Shown one piece after another: positions 43,273 to 55,899 of a DNA stretch of 64,000 bases. The stretch comes from the human T2T-CHM13v2.0 reference genome, Homo sapiens: NCBI RefSeq assembly GCF_009914755.1, contig NC_060926.1, one strand, 5' to 3'. The notes beneath the pieces were generated by a model, which saw only the letters and a program-made list of their open reading frames with translations, did no database searches and had not been told where the DNA came from. The stretch's first letter is position 1. The number at the start of each line of letters is the position of its first letter. The position numbers were made by a program, and so were the translations under genes.

Positions 43273-44827
43273 AAACTCAGTTAAGAGCAGCTTTTTGCTT
43301 GACAATAGAGATGTTTATGTAAGAAAGGCCTAAATTGCATTTTTGACATATGGAAGAAATTTTATATATGACAAAATTATTTTGAGCTATAATCAATGAA
43401 ACTAATTATGATAATATTCAGAAGTGAATGTCTAAGAACAAATAAAAAATAAGTGTCCAAAAAAGAAATAGACAATGAATATTTCTTTTATTAAATTTTG
43501 AATATGGAATCATACCAATTAAAGGTAAAAAATAAGTAATAAAGTACAAAAGAAAAAAAAGAATTATTGTTCTCAAGAGACTCACCTCAGAAACATCTCT
43601 GGCAGAACTGGGATTTGTGAAAACAATACATTTCTTCTTCCAATAAGAGAGACTTTGTGTCTCCAATAACTCAGCTAGGTTCTCTGGAATAACAAGACTT
43701 TTTAAATAATTATATTAGAAAATAAATTTTGATGAAATCAAGTTTTTAATAACATACATCCTAATTATGTGGCCTAGGGGCCATAAGCACCTTTTCCTCT
43801 TACTTGCTACAGCGAATTTTAAACATTGCGAATTGTGAGAAATGTTTAAGAAACATCTCAAACCTCGGGTAAGGATTTAGTAGGTGCAAAACAAGGGAGC
43901 TGTGGATGCAGAGATCAGTTTGTTTCTAAGTGACGTGGGTTTAGTTGACCCAGAGCAGAATCCTGAAATGAACTAGAAACTAGGGAGAATTTCCCCAGAG
44001 ATCTCTTATTGCTCATTCTCTGAGCTTAGGCGAGGAGGCCCATTTAGAAGTTGCAGCTGCGTCTCAGCCCCTTGAGGGAATCCTGGGAGATGCAGCAAAG
44101 AAAAAGTATTTTAAAACAGAGCAAAGAATAAAGAGAGGATCAAATTGAAGCACAAAAAGAAGGGAGAAACAGAGGGAGGGAAGGGAAAAGAAATAAAAAG
44201 GGAAGGAAAGGGAAGAGAAAGGAACAGAGCGAAAGGGAAAGACCAATCCATGATGGCTTAGAGAAGATGCTAGGAAGTCACACGGTAGTGAGTTTTTCAG
44301 GAACTTCTGAATATATTTTGTAACATGGAAATGTAATTGAGGAGCTTTTAATCAACAGAAAATGCAGTGTGTGCTTGTGGCTCCATTCTCCTGTTTTATG
44401 TTTCCCTTCCCCTTTCTCCTTCTTTCTCTGGGAGGGAAGGAAGGAGCCTTTCCACCAGCAATCCTTCCATGCATAACTGGAGTGACCGAGCAGGTTGTTG
44501 AAGGGCAATGGAAAGACCAAGGCTGCCTTACAAAGTTCCCATCAAGCAGAAGGCACATGGCAGCTGCTGCTGAGGCTCCAGCTTCACCTGCCTTTGTAAG
44601 CCAAGGTGTGTCCATCTCTTCCTATCGTCTCCTGCTCCACCCTCAAATCTCACATCCCTTGCTCTACTTCCACTAATAAACTAATATGTTTGCAAGCTTC
44701 CAAATGTTACCATCTCTGTTAACGTTTAGCAATGAACAAATAATACCTGCAAAAAGTGTGAAATATTATTAATAAGGTTAAAAATAGCCAAATAACTGCA
44801 ACGCAACTGATTTTTAATATGCCTATA

Positions 44828-45591
44828 CAGGCATACCTTGTTTTATTGTGTTTGCTTCATTGTTTTTTTGCAGATTTTGGGTTTTTTTTTTTTTATTTTA
44901 CAAATTGAAGCTTTGTGGCAACCCCTGTGCCAAGTGAGTCTATTGGCACCATTTTTCCCACAGCATGGGCTCACTTCATGTCTCTGGGTCACATTTCAGT
45001 AATCATCACAATAGTTCAAACTTTTTCATTAGTATTATATCTGTTATGGTGATCTGTGATCCGTGATCTTTGATGTTACTATTGTAATTATCTGGGGGCA
45101 CCACAAATAGCACCCATATCCATCAATGTCATATGTGTTGTAACTGCTCCACTGAATGGCCATTCCCATCTCTCTCCCTCTCCTCAGCCCTTCCTACTCC
45201 TTGAGACACAACAATGTTGAAATTAGGCCAATTAATAACCCTACAGTGGCTCCTAAGTGTTCAAATGAAAGAAAGTGTTGCACCTCTCTCACTTAAATTA
45301 AAAGCTAGAGGCTGGGCACGGTGGCTCATGCCTGTAATCCCAGCACTTTGGGAGGCTGAGCTGGGCGGATTACCTGAGGTCAGGAGTTTGAGACCAGCCT
45401 AGCCAACATGGCAAAACCCTGTTCTACTAAAAAAAAAAAATACAAAAATTAGCCAGGCATGGTGGTAAGCACCTGTAATCCCAGCTACTCAGAAGGCTGA
45501 GGCAGGAGAATCGCTTGAACCGGGGAGGCGGAGGCTGCAGTGAGCACTCCAGCCTGGGTGACAGAGCGAGAGACTCTGTCTCAAAAATGAA

Positions 45592-45622
<31 letters not shown>

Positions 45623-47677
45623 ATCAAAAGCTAGAAATGGTGCAGCTTAGTGAAGATGGCATGTCAAAAGCTGAAATAAGTGAGGTTTCTTGTACCACAC
45701 AAGTTAGCCAAGTTGTGAATGCAAAAAAAAAAGTTCTTAAAGAAAATAAAAAGTGTGACTCCTGTGAACACATGAATGATAAGAAAGCAAGACAGCCGTA
45801 TTGCTATATGGAGAAAGTTTGAATGGTCTGAGTAAAAGATCAAACCAGCCACAACATTGCCTTAAGACAAAGCCTAATCCAGAACAAGGCCCTAACTCTC
45901 TTCAATTCTGTGGAGGCTGAGAGAGGTGAGGAAGCTGCAGAAGGCAAGTTTGAAGCTAACAGTGGTTGGCTTGTGAGTTTGAAAGAAGGAAGCCATCTCC
46001 ATAACATAAAAGTACAAGGTGAAGCAGCAAGAGCTGATGTACAACCTGCAGCAAGTTGTCTGTGAGATCCACTAAGATCATTAATAAAGTGGCCACACTA
46101 AACAAAATATTTTCAATGTACATGAAACAGCCTTTCATTGGAAGAAGATGCCATCTAGGACTTACACAGAGGAAAAGTCAATGCTTGGCTTCAAAGCTTC
46201 AAAGGACAGATTGACTGTCTTGTTAGGAGCCAATGCAGCTGGTGACTTAAAGTTGAAACCAATGCCCATATACCATTATGCAAATCCTAAGATCCTGAAG
46301 AAGTATGCTAAATCTACATAGTCTGTGCTCTATAAATGGAACAAGAAAGCCTGGATGACAGCACATCTGTTTGCAGTTTTACTGCAATATCTACTGTTTA
46401 CTGAATATTTTAAGGCCACTGTTGAGAACTATTGCTCAGAAAAAAAAAAAGTTCCTTTCAAAATATTACTGTTAATTGACAATGCACTTGGTCACTCAAG
46501 AGCTCTGATGGAGATGTACAAAGAGATAAATGTTGTTTTCGTGCTTGTTAACACAACATCCATTCTAGCCCATGGATCAAGGAGTCATTTCTACTTTCAA
46601 GTCTTAGGATTTTAAAAATCTAATTTGTAAGGCTATAGCTGCCATAGATAGTGATTTCTCTGATAGATTTGAGCAAAGTAAATTGAAAACCTTCTGGAAG
46701 GGATTCACTATGCCAGATGCCATTAAGAACATTTGTGATTCATGAGAGGAAGTCAAAATAGCAACTCGAACAGGAGTTTGGAAGAAACTGATTCCAGCCC
46801 TCATGATTGACTTTGAGGGGTTCAAGACTTCAGTGAAGGAAGTAACTGCAGACTTGAAAGTAGAACTGACTCTTTGAACCATGGGCTAGAATGGAGGTTA
46901 TGTTAGCAGCATGAAAACAACAGTCATCTCCTTGTACATCTCCATCAGAGCTCTTGGGTGACTAAGAGCATTGTCAATTAGCAGAAGAATAGCAAGAGAA
47001 CTAGAATTAGAAGTGGAGCCTGAAGATGTGACTGAATTGCTTCAGTGTCATAATAAGACTTGAACAGATAAGGAGTTGCTTTTTGTGGATGAGCAAAGAA
47101 GGTGGTTTCTTTAGATGGAAATTACTCTTGATGAAGATGCTGTGAACATTGTTGAAATGACAACAAAGGACTTAGAATATTCCATAAACTTAGTTGATGA
47201 AGCAACAGCAGGGTTTAAGAGGATTGACTTCAATTTTGAGAGAAGTTCTACTGTGGGCAAAAGGCTACCAAACAGCATCACATGCTCCAGAGAAATCTTT
47301 CAAGAAAGGAAGAATCCTGACTGATGTAGCAAACTTCATTGTTGTCTTATTTTAAGAAATTGCCACAGCCACCCCAGTCTTCAGCAACCACCACCCTGAT
47401 CAGTCAGAAGCCATCAACATCAAGGCAAGACCCACCACCAGCAAAAAGATTATGACTCGTTGAAGGCTCAGATGATCATTAGCATTTAGAAATAAAATAT
47501 TTTTTAATTAAAGTATGTACATTGGTTTTTTTCAGACATAATGCTATTGCACACTTAATAGGCTACTGTATATTGTAAACATAACTTTTATATGCACTGG
47601 GAAACCAAAAAATTCATGGGACTTGCTTTATTGCAATATCTGCTTTATTGCAGCAGTCTAGGACTGAACCCACAATA
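44828..47677 (+). mobile_element. Tigger1 DNA transposon, near full-length, decayed; AluS inserted at about 45310-45624
   Basis: TA + CAGGCATACCT end; pogo/Tigger transposase remnants ([17 protein letters not shown]); right TIR truncated; Alu TSD aaaagctaga. Confidence 0.92.
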
Positions 47678-48343
47678 GATGTGGATTTTATTTATAGAAA
47701 AATAAAGTATTCTGATCATCAGAAGACTTTCAGATTTAAAAAGTGACACATTATACATTTTAGGGAATACCGTCTAATTTAATTAAGTCTAATTAATTTG
47801 ATAAATTGGATTGAGCTAGTTCATAGTTTATCCCTGTTGTATAAAATCTCTATTGAACTTTGGGATGCATTTGATTATTTGTTATAAATAATTTTCCTCT
47901 TAGCTATAGAAACATAAAGTAAATGGCACATGTAGTACAAATCTTAGAAAGGTGGATTTATTTTTTGTTGCCTCATTGATTTCACTAAAACTTGTTTCAA
48001 AAGAAGTCCTTTGTTCTCATGATATTTTTAAACTGTGGGTCCGAAGGACCAATGGTATTAATAATACACTATATTATATAATATACAATATAATACAATA
48101 ATCATAAAAAACTCACACATTTATAATGCTTCATGAAATCCAGATGCTTTCATATACAACATCTTGATTCCCCTAACAATCTTTTGTTACAGTTGATAAA
48201 GCAACAGAGGACAAAGGAGCCTGACATGCTCAAGGTCACATCAATAGTAAATTTAAAAGTGAAACCAAAATCTGGGCCTCCCCACCCAGTTCACTGGTAT
48301 TTCCATCCCATCATGTTGTAAATTGAATTCCTGTGTTGAGTAG

Positions 48344-48895
48344 TGTGATGGTTAATATTGAGGGTCAACTTGATTGGATTGAAGGATGCAAAGTATTGTT
48401 CCTGGGTGTGTCTGTGAAGCTGTTGCCAAAGGAAATTAACATTTGAGTCAGTGGACTGGGAGAGGCTGACCCACCCCCAGTCTGGGTGGGCACCATCTAA
48501 TCAGCTGCCAGCGTGGCTAAAATAGAGCAGGCAGAAGAATGTGGAAGGACTAGACTGGCTGAGTCTTCTGGTCTTCATCATTCTCCTGTGCTGGATGCTT
48601 CCTGCCCTTGAACATCAGACTCCAAGTTCTTCAGCTTTGGACTCTTGGACTTACACCAGTGATTTGCCAGGGGTTCTAGGGCCTTCGGCCATAGACCGAA
48701 GGCTGCTCTATCAGCTTCCTTACTTTTGAGGTTTTGGGACTTGGACTGGCTTCCTTGCTCTTCAGCTTGCAGACAGCCTATTGTGGGACTTCACCTTGTG
48801 ATTGTGTGAGTCAATACTCCTTAATAAACTCCCTTTCATATATACATCTATCTATCCTATTAGTTCTGTTCCTCTAGGGAACCCTGAATAATACA
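48344..48895 (+). mobile_element. MLT2 (ERVL) solo LTR
   Basis: tgtgatggttaatattgagggtcaacttgattggattg...aataca; TSD agtag. Confidence 0.9.
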
Positions 48896-49844
48896 AGTAG
48901 GATAGAATAGATGACATTTTAAGGGTATATTATTTTACAAGTCAATTTTGTAAGGTGCCTGATTCACATTTCTCAATATTCTTTATAATTTTCAGGTACT
49001 TTTATTCTTACCCATGTATTATATTAAGAAAATTTAGATAACATCAAAAAAAAAGTGGGAAGGAAATTTCAAAACTTCTTCCTGCTGTGCTTATTCAAAG
49101 TTCAGTAGTTCAACTTCCTTTTTTGTTTTAACTCTTATTATAGAAAGCTATACCAAAGTTAAGCTCTTCATCCCGTTTTCTAAAATCAAATTGTAGTCTA
49201 GGGGAGAGAGAGACAAAATGGGAATGAGAATATGTTGATGTTTTAAGGACAAAAAATATCAATTGAGGAGTCTTGTCTTTGTCCATTTACAACTCTCCTC
49301 CGTTTCTATCCCTTTTGCGGAGAAGAGCACCCAAAATCAGCCTAGACTCACTTTTGCAAGATTTGACTTTAGGACTGAACTCATCTCTGTCTCCAGTTAG
49401 GTGTAGTAAGTCTCCAAGTCTCCAAAAGATCCAGCTAAATCAACATTTACACTCTTATGTAACATCTGTTCTGAGAGTGAAGTTCGTGGAATTGAATAAC
49501 CTTATAAATGAACTGAAACACAGGCCTCGGGATTTTTAAACATGTGTGTACAGACATATCCAAAAAATTCAGCATATGGGCAACGAGAATTTGTCCATTG
49601 CAATTATAATTGCAATTCATAATATGCCCAGTCTCCATCTGCAGGTTGCAAATGCTTATTACACCATTATGTGGCCAGTGTGGGCCTCAACTGTGGAAAA
49701 AGTTTTTGGAGGAATATATTTGGAATTCAGTATCTTTTTAAAAGTTGGTAGAATGAATTTATCAGAGTGGTGAAACCATAAACACTTTTTGGGTTTCATG
49801 GCCCCAGAATGTATATGTACCATATACACAATGTCTTATTCAAA

Positions 49845-50721
49845 TGTAGGTATTCAAAAAATGTTTATTGAATGAACATATATAAATGAATGAATGAGTG
49901 CGTTTTGTAAAGGAATCTGGGAGTCAAAATCTGGCCAGAAGAACCCAAGTCCTGCTCCAGTGACCAGATCAACCAGTCCAATTTTCCCACTGTGCTCAAT
50001 GTTCCTCTTTGGTTTGTAACAAGAACCACTGTCCTCTTTGACATAGTGCAGAAACAAATGAGAAGCAGATGAGCAGGAAAGCCCTAGAGCCTAGCATTCA
50101 TGTTCAACCTGATTTTCTGGCTTCCAGTATTTTGGCTCATTAAACAGGAAAACAAAATTAACTGTTTATAATTTTCAAAACACTTTGCATTTTCACTCAT
50201 TCCAGATACAAACAACTTTAAAGACAAAATCACAAGGAGGGTATGTGAACAAGGCCTAGTTACCAAAAGAGGTCACATGAAAATTAAAAAGCATTCAAGA
50301 GTAAATAGCAGTCCATATTGTCCAGGGGGATGAGCTATGCAACCTAAGTAAAAATTAAAACCAAATTACAGACACTAATTAGTGTTGTATAACATACCGA
50401 TTCATTTGCATACAATGCAATTATCCTGATAGGTGCTGGATTCAACACATCCAGCTGGGTTAGTGCATCTCCACGGAACAAAAGCATTCGGTTTTTTTCC
50501 CTGTGTGTTGGCTGTGTTCTCTTATGACTGTGACGGCAAATAAACAATCATTCCCAGCACCTTTAGACTTTGAACATTTGAAATAAAATCAATACAGATT
50601 GTGCATGGGGAGCATTCAGCCCCCCTCAGATGAACAACTAACAGGCTGATTCTGGGTCAGTACTCCATTTCTAGAACATTTTATCTGATCTTGTGTTTTA
50701 GAAAACCACATTTATTTTATG
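49845..50721 (-). other. FAM124B: FAM124B 3' UTR (distal end approximate)
   Basis: Follows stop codon; AATAAA on minus strand at 49864-49869 gives a UTR of about 0.87 kb. Confidence 0.6.
49864..49869 (-). terminator. Distal polyadenylation signal AATAAA of FAM124B
   Basis: tttatt on + strand, inside an L2 3'-tail-like tract (tttattgaatgaa...aatgaatgaatga). Confidence 0.6.
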
Positions 50722-51357
50722 CTATATAAAGAATTCTTCTTCATCTTCTTCTTTTTCTTCACCCTGAACTTGCAGATGAAGGAGACATTCTGAAATTGTC
50801 TTCCTGGTACCAAGGTCCCTTTGGCCAGCAAGTGGCAAAGGAGAGACTCTTTCCTTAAGGACACTGTTGTTTTTGGAGGTAGCCACCCCCAAGGAAGAGG
50901 CTGGCAAGCAGAATGGTGGCTGGCTGGTCTGTAAATCCCTTGGAAATCCGCCAAAATAAGTCTGCCTGGGTTCAGAATTTATGATGGTCAAGCCGGTGTC
51001 AACATTCGTCTCGGCCTCAAGCTTCTGAAAGCTGTTTTCCCGGTTGAGGACCTTCATTCTGGCCCCGGATTCAAGGTGATGAGAAGACAGGTGCAGGTGG
51101 GCACCCATAGCTGGGCTGCTGACCTGGAATGACCGGCCAGGGCTTTTCCACGAAGTGCCAGCACACCTGTCTGATGTGGGGCTCCCACTGGGCTCAGGAA
51201 GCTCCAGAGAATGCCCCTGGGACCTCTTGCCCTGGTTCCTCTGGCTCCTGGGTTCTGAGGTCCTCTTTGCAGAGACAGAAGTCAGCCTGGAGCCCAGGGG
51301 AAGCATGCCAGCTCCCAAGATGCCATTCTTAACACCAAGTTCTGGATTCAGCTGAAC
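50722..51357 (-). CDS. FAM124B: FAM124B terminal coding exon (211 aa + TAG), VQLNPELGVKNGILGAGMLPLGSRLTSVSAKRTSEPRS...LQVQGEEKEEDEEEFFI*
   Basis: ORF 50722..51318 extends 5' to a polypyrimidine acceptor (ttcctttcctgtag|GTT CAG CTG) at 51358/51357, phase 0, 636 nt. Peptide matches the C-terminal half of human FAM124B as I recall it. Upstream exon lies beyond the window. Confidence 0.93.
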   Translation of the reverse strand, partial: VQLNPELGVKNGILGAGMLPLGSRLTSVSAKRTSEPRSQRNQGKRSQGHSLELPEPSGSPTSDRCAGTSWKSPGRSFQVSSPAMGAHLHLSSHHLESGARMKVLNRENSFQKLEAETNVDTGLTIINSEPRQTYFGGFPRDLQTSQPPFCLPASSLGVATSKNNSVLKERVSPLPLAGQRDLGTRKTISECLLHLQVQGEEKEEDEEEFFI

Positions 51358-52336
51358 CTACAGGAAAGGAAAGGAGGAACATATGAAACATAATTTCCAT
51401 TAACTAAGTGCCAAGAGCTGACTATGCCTTATTCACCCTCTGCCATGCCATGCCCATAGCAGACTTTCAGTAAATTTGGTTGAATTGAATAGAAGTGATA
51501 AGTACAATATAATTATGAGATATCTAATCAGACCCAGCCCCAAATACCTCTCTTTGGGACTCCCTAAATTAAGTTTTTGACAAGGGTAAGACTTTGGGAA
51601 TCAAATGGCCAATTGACAACACCACACTTCTGGTAGAGCAAGTTGTTCAAACAATGCAGACATTCACAGATGTCATTCAGTGACCTCACTGGATGTTGTA
51701 AATGATATATTTATTAGCAACCATGTAAAAAAAGAAATTTAGAAAGCCACCAAACCATGTGGTTAAAGTTAAGATAAGGATTGAAGTAAGAATTCAATCT
51801 TCCAAAGCTGGTGATCCTTCTTTTAGATCATGCTAATAAAAATACATATCTTGGGCCATTCTAAGACATGTGACCACTCCAGACGGCTAATAATTTGGCA
51901 GCAATATTCTTTAAATTCTTGGGGCACCATTTATTTAGATTAGAGGCCTGGTATTGCATGAGAAAACAAAAAGGGGGCATGGCTTATATGGAAGTTTAGG
52001 TGTTTTCATCCTTAGCAATTCCACTCTGGTTACAAACTTACAGACACCACTCAGCAAAACCCTCACCCTGCAGTTGACTGCACTCTCCCTCCACAGGATG
52101 GAGTTCACTGACCCCCCTTTAAGACTTCCACCCTTGGGAGCCTTGCATCCTATTCCATGCACAACACTCTTCCCAAGAAGATTTCTGGAAAAAGGCAATT
52201 TTTTCCATTTTGATAACAGCCCTTGGAAATTTGTATCCAGGATCCATCCCTACCTGGCCCAGCCCTTAATCAAATATCAAGAAGAATGATACGGAAGAAC
52301 TTGCAATAAATACTACTAACTGAAAGAAGCCTATCT

Positions 52337-53012
52337 GGGCTCATGCCTGTAATCCTAGCCCTTTGGGAAGCTGAGGTGGGAGGACTACTTGAGGCCAGGA
52401 GTTCAAGACCAGCTTGGGCAACTAGCAAGACCCCATCTTTACAAAAAATAAAAACATCAGCCAGACGTGTGGTCCATACATATAGTCCCAGCTATTCAGA
52501 AGGCAGAAGAGGGAGGATCCCTCGAGCCCAGGAGTTCGAGGTTAAATTGAGTTATGACTGCACCACTGCACTCCAGCCTGGGTGACAGAGAGAGACTATA
52601 TGATGCCAACTATATGACACTTTGGAAAAACCAAAACTATGAAGACAGTAAAAAAATCAGTGGTTGCCAGGGGTTGGGGGGAGGGAGGGATGACTAAGTG
52701 GAGCAGGAGGACTTTAGGGCAGTGAAAACTACTCTGCATGATACTGTAATGGTGGATGCACATCCTTATACATTTGTCCAAACCCACAGAATGTACGACA
52801 CCAAGAATGAACCCTAATGTACCCTATGGGCTTTGGGTGATGGTGATGTGTCGTTGTAGGTTGATCAGTTGTAACACATGTACCACTCTGATAAAGGATG
52901 TTGACAGGAAAGGAGGCTCTTTTCGGGGGGAAGGTTGTATATGGGAACTCTCTGTTCTTTCTGCTTAATTCTGCTGTGAACCTACCACTGCTGTAAAAAA
53001 TAAGGTCTATTT
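52337..53012 (+). mobile_element. AluJ-like (52337-52597) followed by L1MB/MC 3' fragment (52598-53012)
   Basis: Alu consensus, then tttggaaaaaccaaaactatg...gtatatgggaactctctg. Confidence 0.82.
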
Positions 53013-53269
53013 CAAGGGAGAAAAAATAATGATACATATTTATCTTACAAGGCAAGAAGGCAGAAATGAGGACAGTGAGAAAACAGGTCTAGAAATCAGT
53101 AAATTCTCTCTCTCATACACACACACACACACTCACACAGAGCATATTTGTTTGTATAGATGACGCAGAGTACATCTCAATTTTCTGATAGAAATGGTGA
53201 GGTGCATATTACCAAGCTGCAAAAACAAACACACAAAAAAACAAGGACTTCCACTGATTCTTTTAGAAT

Positions 53270-53535
53270 AGAAGTTGGCAAATATTTTCGGCAAGGAGCC
53301 AGACAGTAAATATCTGAGGGTTTGCCGGCCATATGGTCTTTATCCCAACTATCCAACTCTGCTGCAGAGCAGCCATAGACAATATATAAATGAATGGCTG
53401 TGTTCAGTAAAACTCTATGTATGAACACTGAAATTTGAATCTCATATTTTTTATGTGTCATGAATTTTTTTCCAACCATATAAAAATAGAAAACTATTTT
53501 TAGTTCTCAGGCCACAGTTGACCAAGCCCTATTCT
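53270..53535 (+). mobile_element. MER58-like hAT element
   Basis: gttggcaaa...gccagacagtaaatat...gcagccatagacaatatataaatgaatggctgtgttc. Confidence 0.75.
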
Positions 53536-53553
53536 AGATCAATGATTCCCTGT

Positions 53554-53845
<292 letters not shown>

Positions 53846-54244
53846 CTCTCTATCTTAAGAAGTTTTTTTCCAAACAATTTCTTACCTGGAAGCCCAAAAT
53901 ATGAAGCAATCTAATTAGCGCAGCCCTGGTTGACGTACAGAGGGTAGCCTCTGCCTACGGGACCCCCTCTCTAGTTCCCCAGGGCTTCACAGAACCAGCT
54001 TGAAAACCACTATTCTAGAATATCTAAATTCTACCCCTGAGCCAAGCCAGTTCATTAGAGCCACACACACCTGAAACCCCTATCGCAGATGTGCTTGCAC
54101 TGAACCACAGCTGAGTGCAGTGCCCCAGAGTGTGTTGAAGAGAGCTTCCACCAGCATCAGATACTCTCTCTAGGGGCGACACTGTTGAAGGGATGCCCAC
54201 TGCACCGAAGGACCTGTCCTTATGCAAACCCATAGGAGAAATTT

Positions 54245-54416
54245 CTGTTCCCAAACTTTGCTGCACAAGGGAACATCCTGGGATCATTAAAAAACAATGA
54301 TGCCTGCTCCCAGCCCATGACCTCCTGATTTCATCAGGTCAGAGTACACCTGGCTGTCAGAGCTGATAAATCTCCCCCAGTAATTCTAATGTGCAGCGAA
54401 GTTTCGGAACTACTGC
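54245..54416. mobile_element. MER5A-like hAT fragment
   Basis: ttcccaaactttgctgcac...ctccccagtaattctaatgtgcagc. Confidence 0.6.
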
Positions 54417-55899
54417 CATGGACCCAGAAAAGCTAGGCTTCGAGTAGTCAGTTAACTTGCGGTCGTTGTGAGTCTGTTTCTTATCACATACACCCGACCT
54501 CCTCCTCCATATTTCTGAAAAATTCTTTGCCTAATTTCATTTTGCTATCTCTCTCTACATTTCCCTTTGCTCTAATTCCACAGCTCCGCCCTCCCTCCCC
54601 TCCTTTCTTCCTTCTCTCCTTCCTTCCTCCTGCCCTTCCTTTCCTTTCTTTCCTTTTCATCTGTTTGTTTTTTTAAAAAAGTCTTACTATAAAAGTAGTA
54701 ATTTATCACCATAAAAATAATTTCATTGTACAAATGTATAAAATAAAAAGTAAAGCCTTCTCCCTATCCCAACCTCAAATCACCCCCAAATTCTCACTTT
54801 CCAATGAAGACTATTTGCTTATCCTTTCAAAATCAGGAGGAAAAAATACTATCTCCGAAATGTCAGCTGGGGTTTCCCTTCCCCTGGAGAACAAACTCCC
54901 TTAGTCCTTCAAAGGGCCAACTGCCATCATTGCCTCTTGGAGAATCATTTGACACTGTACCCTTGTATCATAATGTACCTTTTTAATTGACCCAATGACA
55001 TCTTTTTCTTCTAGAAATGGAAACTGGCATGGATATTTCCATACTGAGAAATGGTTCAGGGTTGATATTAGATTATCCAATCTGGAGAAAGAAATCAATA
55101 ACTTTGACTCTGGGGCTTGTATTTCATTCTCTAGCAACTGTGAACACAGAGAGAAGCCTGAGTAATCGCCCCTTGCCATCTAAATCAATGTCAGATCATA
55201 ATGAAATTGGTCCTGAAGCCCCAACCAGTGCCGAGACATCTCAGGGCAGCCAGGAAGCGCCCTCCTGGGCCAGCCCAGCTCACCCCTCCACTCCCCTCTG
55301 TCACCCAGTCCCACAGCCCCTCCACTGGGCCTTCTCCACCTGCAAATGTCCCATCTTTGAAAGATTCTATTTAAGCCAGGCATTCTGAGGCCATGGGCTC
55401 CGGCACTCAATTCCCCATCACATCTGCTCTTCAACATCAACACTCCCAATCCCCAGCTTCTCCCTGTCAGCCCCTCCCATCCACACTGCCTTTCAGAGTC
55501 AATTTGAGTCCAAAGACTATCACTTCAACCATTTCTTCACCAATACCTCCAACTCCCCTCACTATTCCCATTCTGTCACAGACTCCCACAAAATCTCCCC
55601 ACCTTTCATCCATCTACCTGCCCACATTTTCTGAACATGTGTTCAGGATGCCACAGAAACACATCGGTCTGTGAAATGGGTGCCCCATGATGGCGTGGTT
55701 TCCGGCCTCTCCCAGGCTACCCGCCAGTCTGCCTGCTTCCTTAGTCACCTCTCTCCATTCACCCAGCAGCTGTTCAAACCTTCAAAACTGTCCTGAAATC
55801 TTCAGCAGCACCATCGCCCCCACTCTCTCTCATCAGGTGGTCTCACCATCCAGATTATCAAGGAAGCAGATGCTGTCACCAGTTAGCAACACTCTCACT

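Noticed and set aside
45637-47324. Transposase-like ORF pieces
   Set aside because: Fragmented Tigger1 with stops, frameshifts and an Alu insertion; not a domesticated gene.
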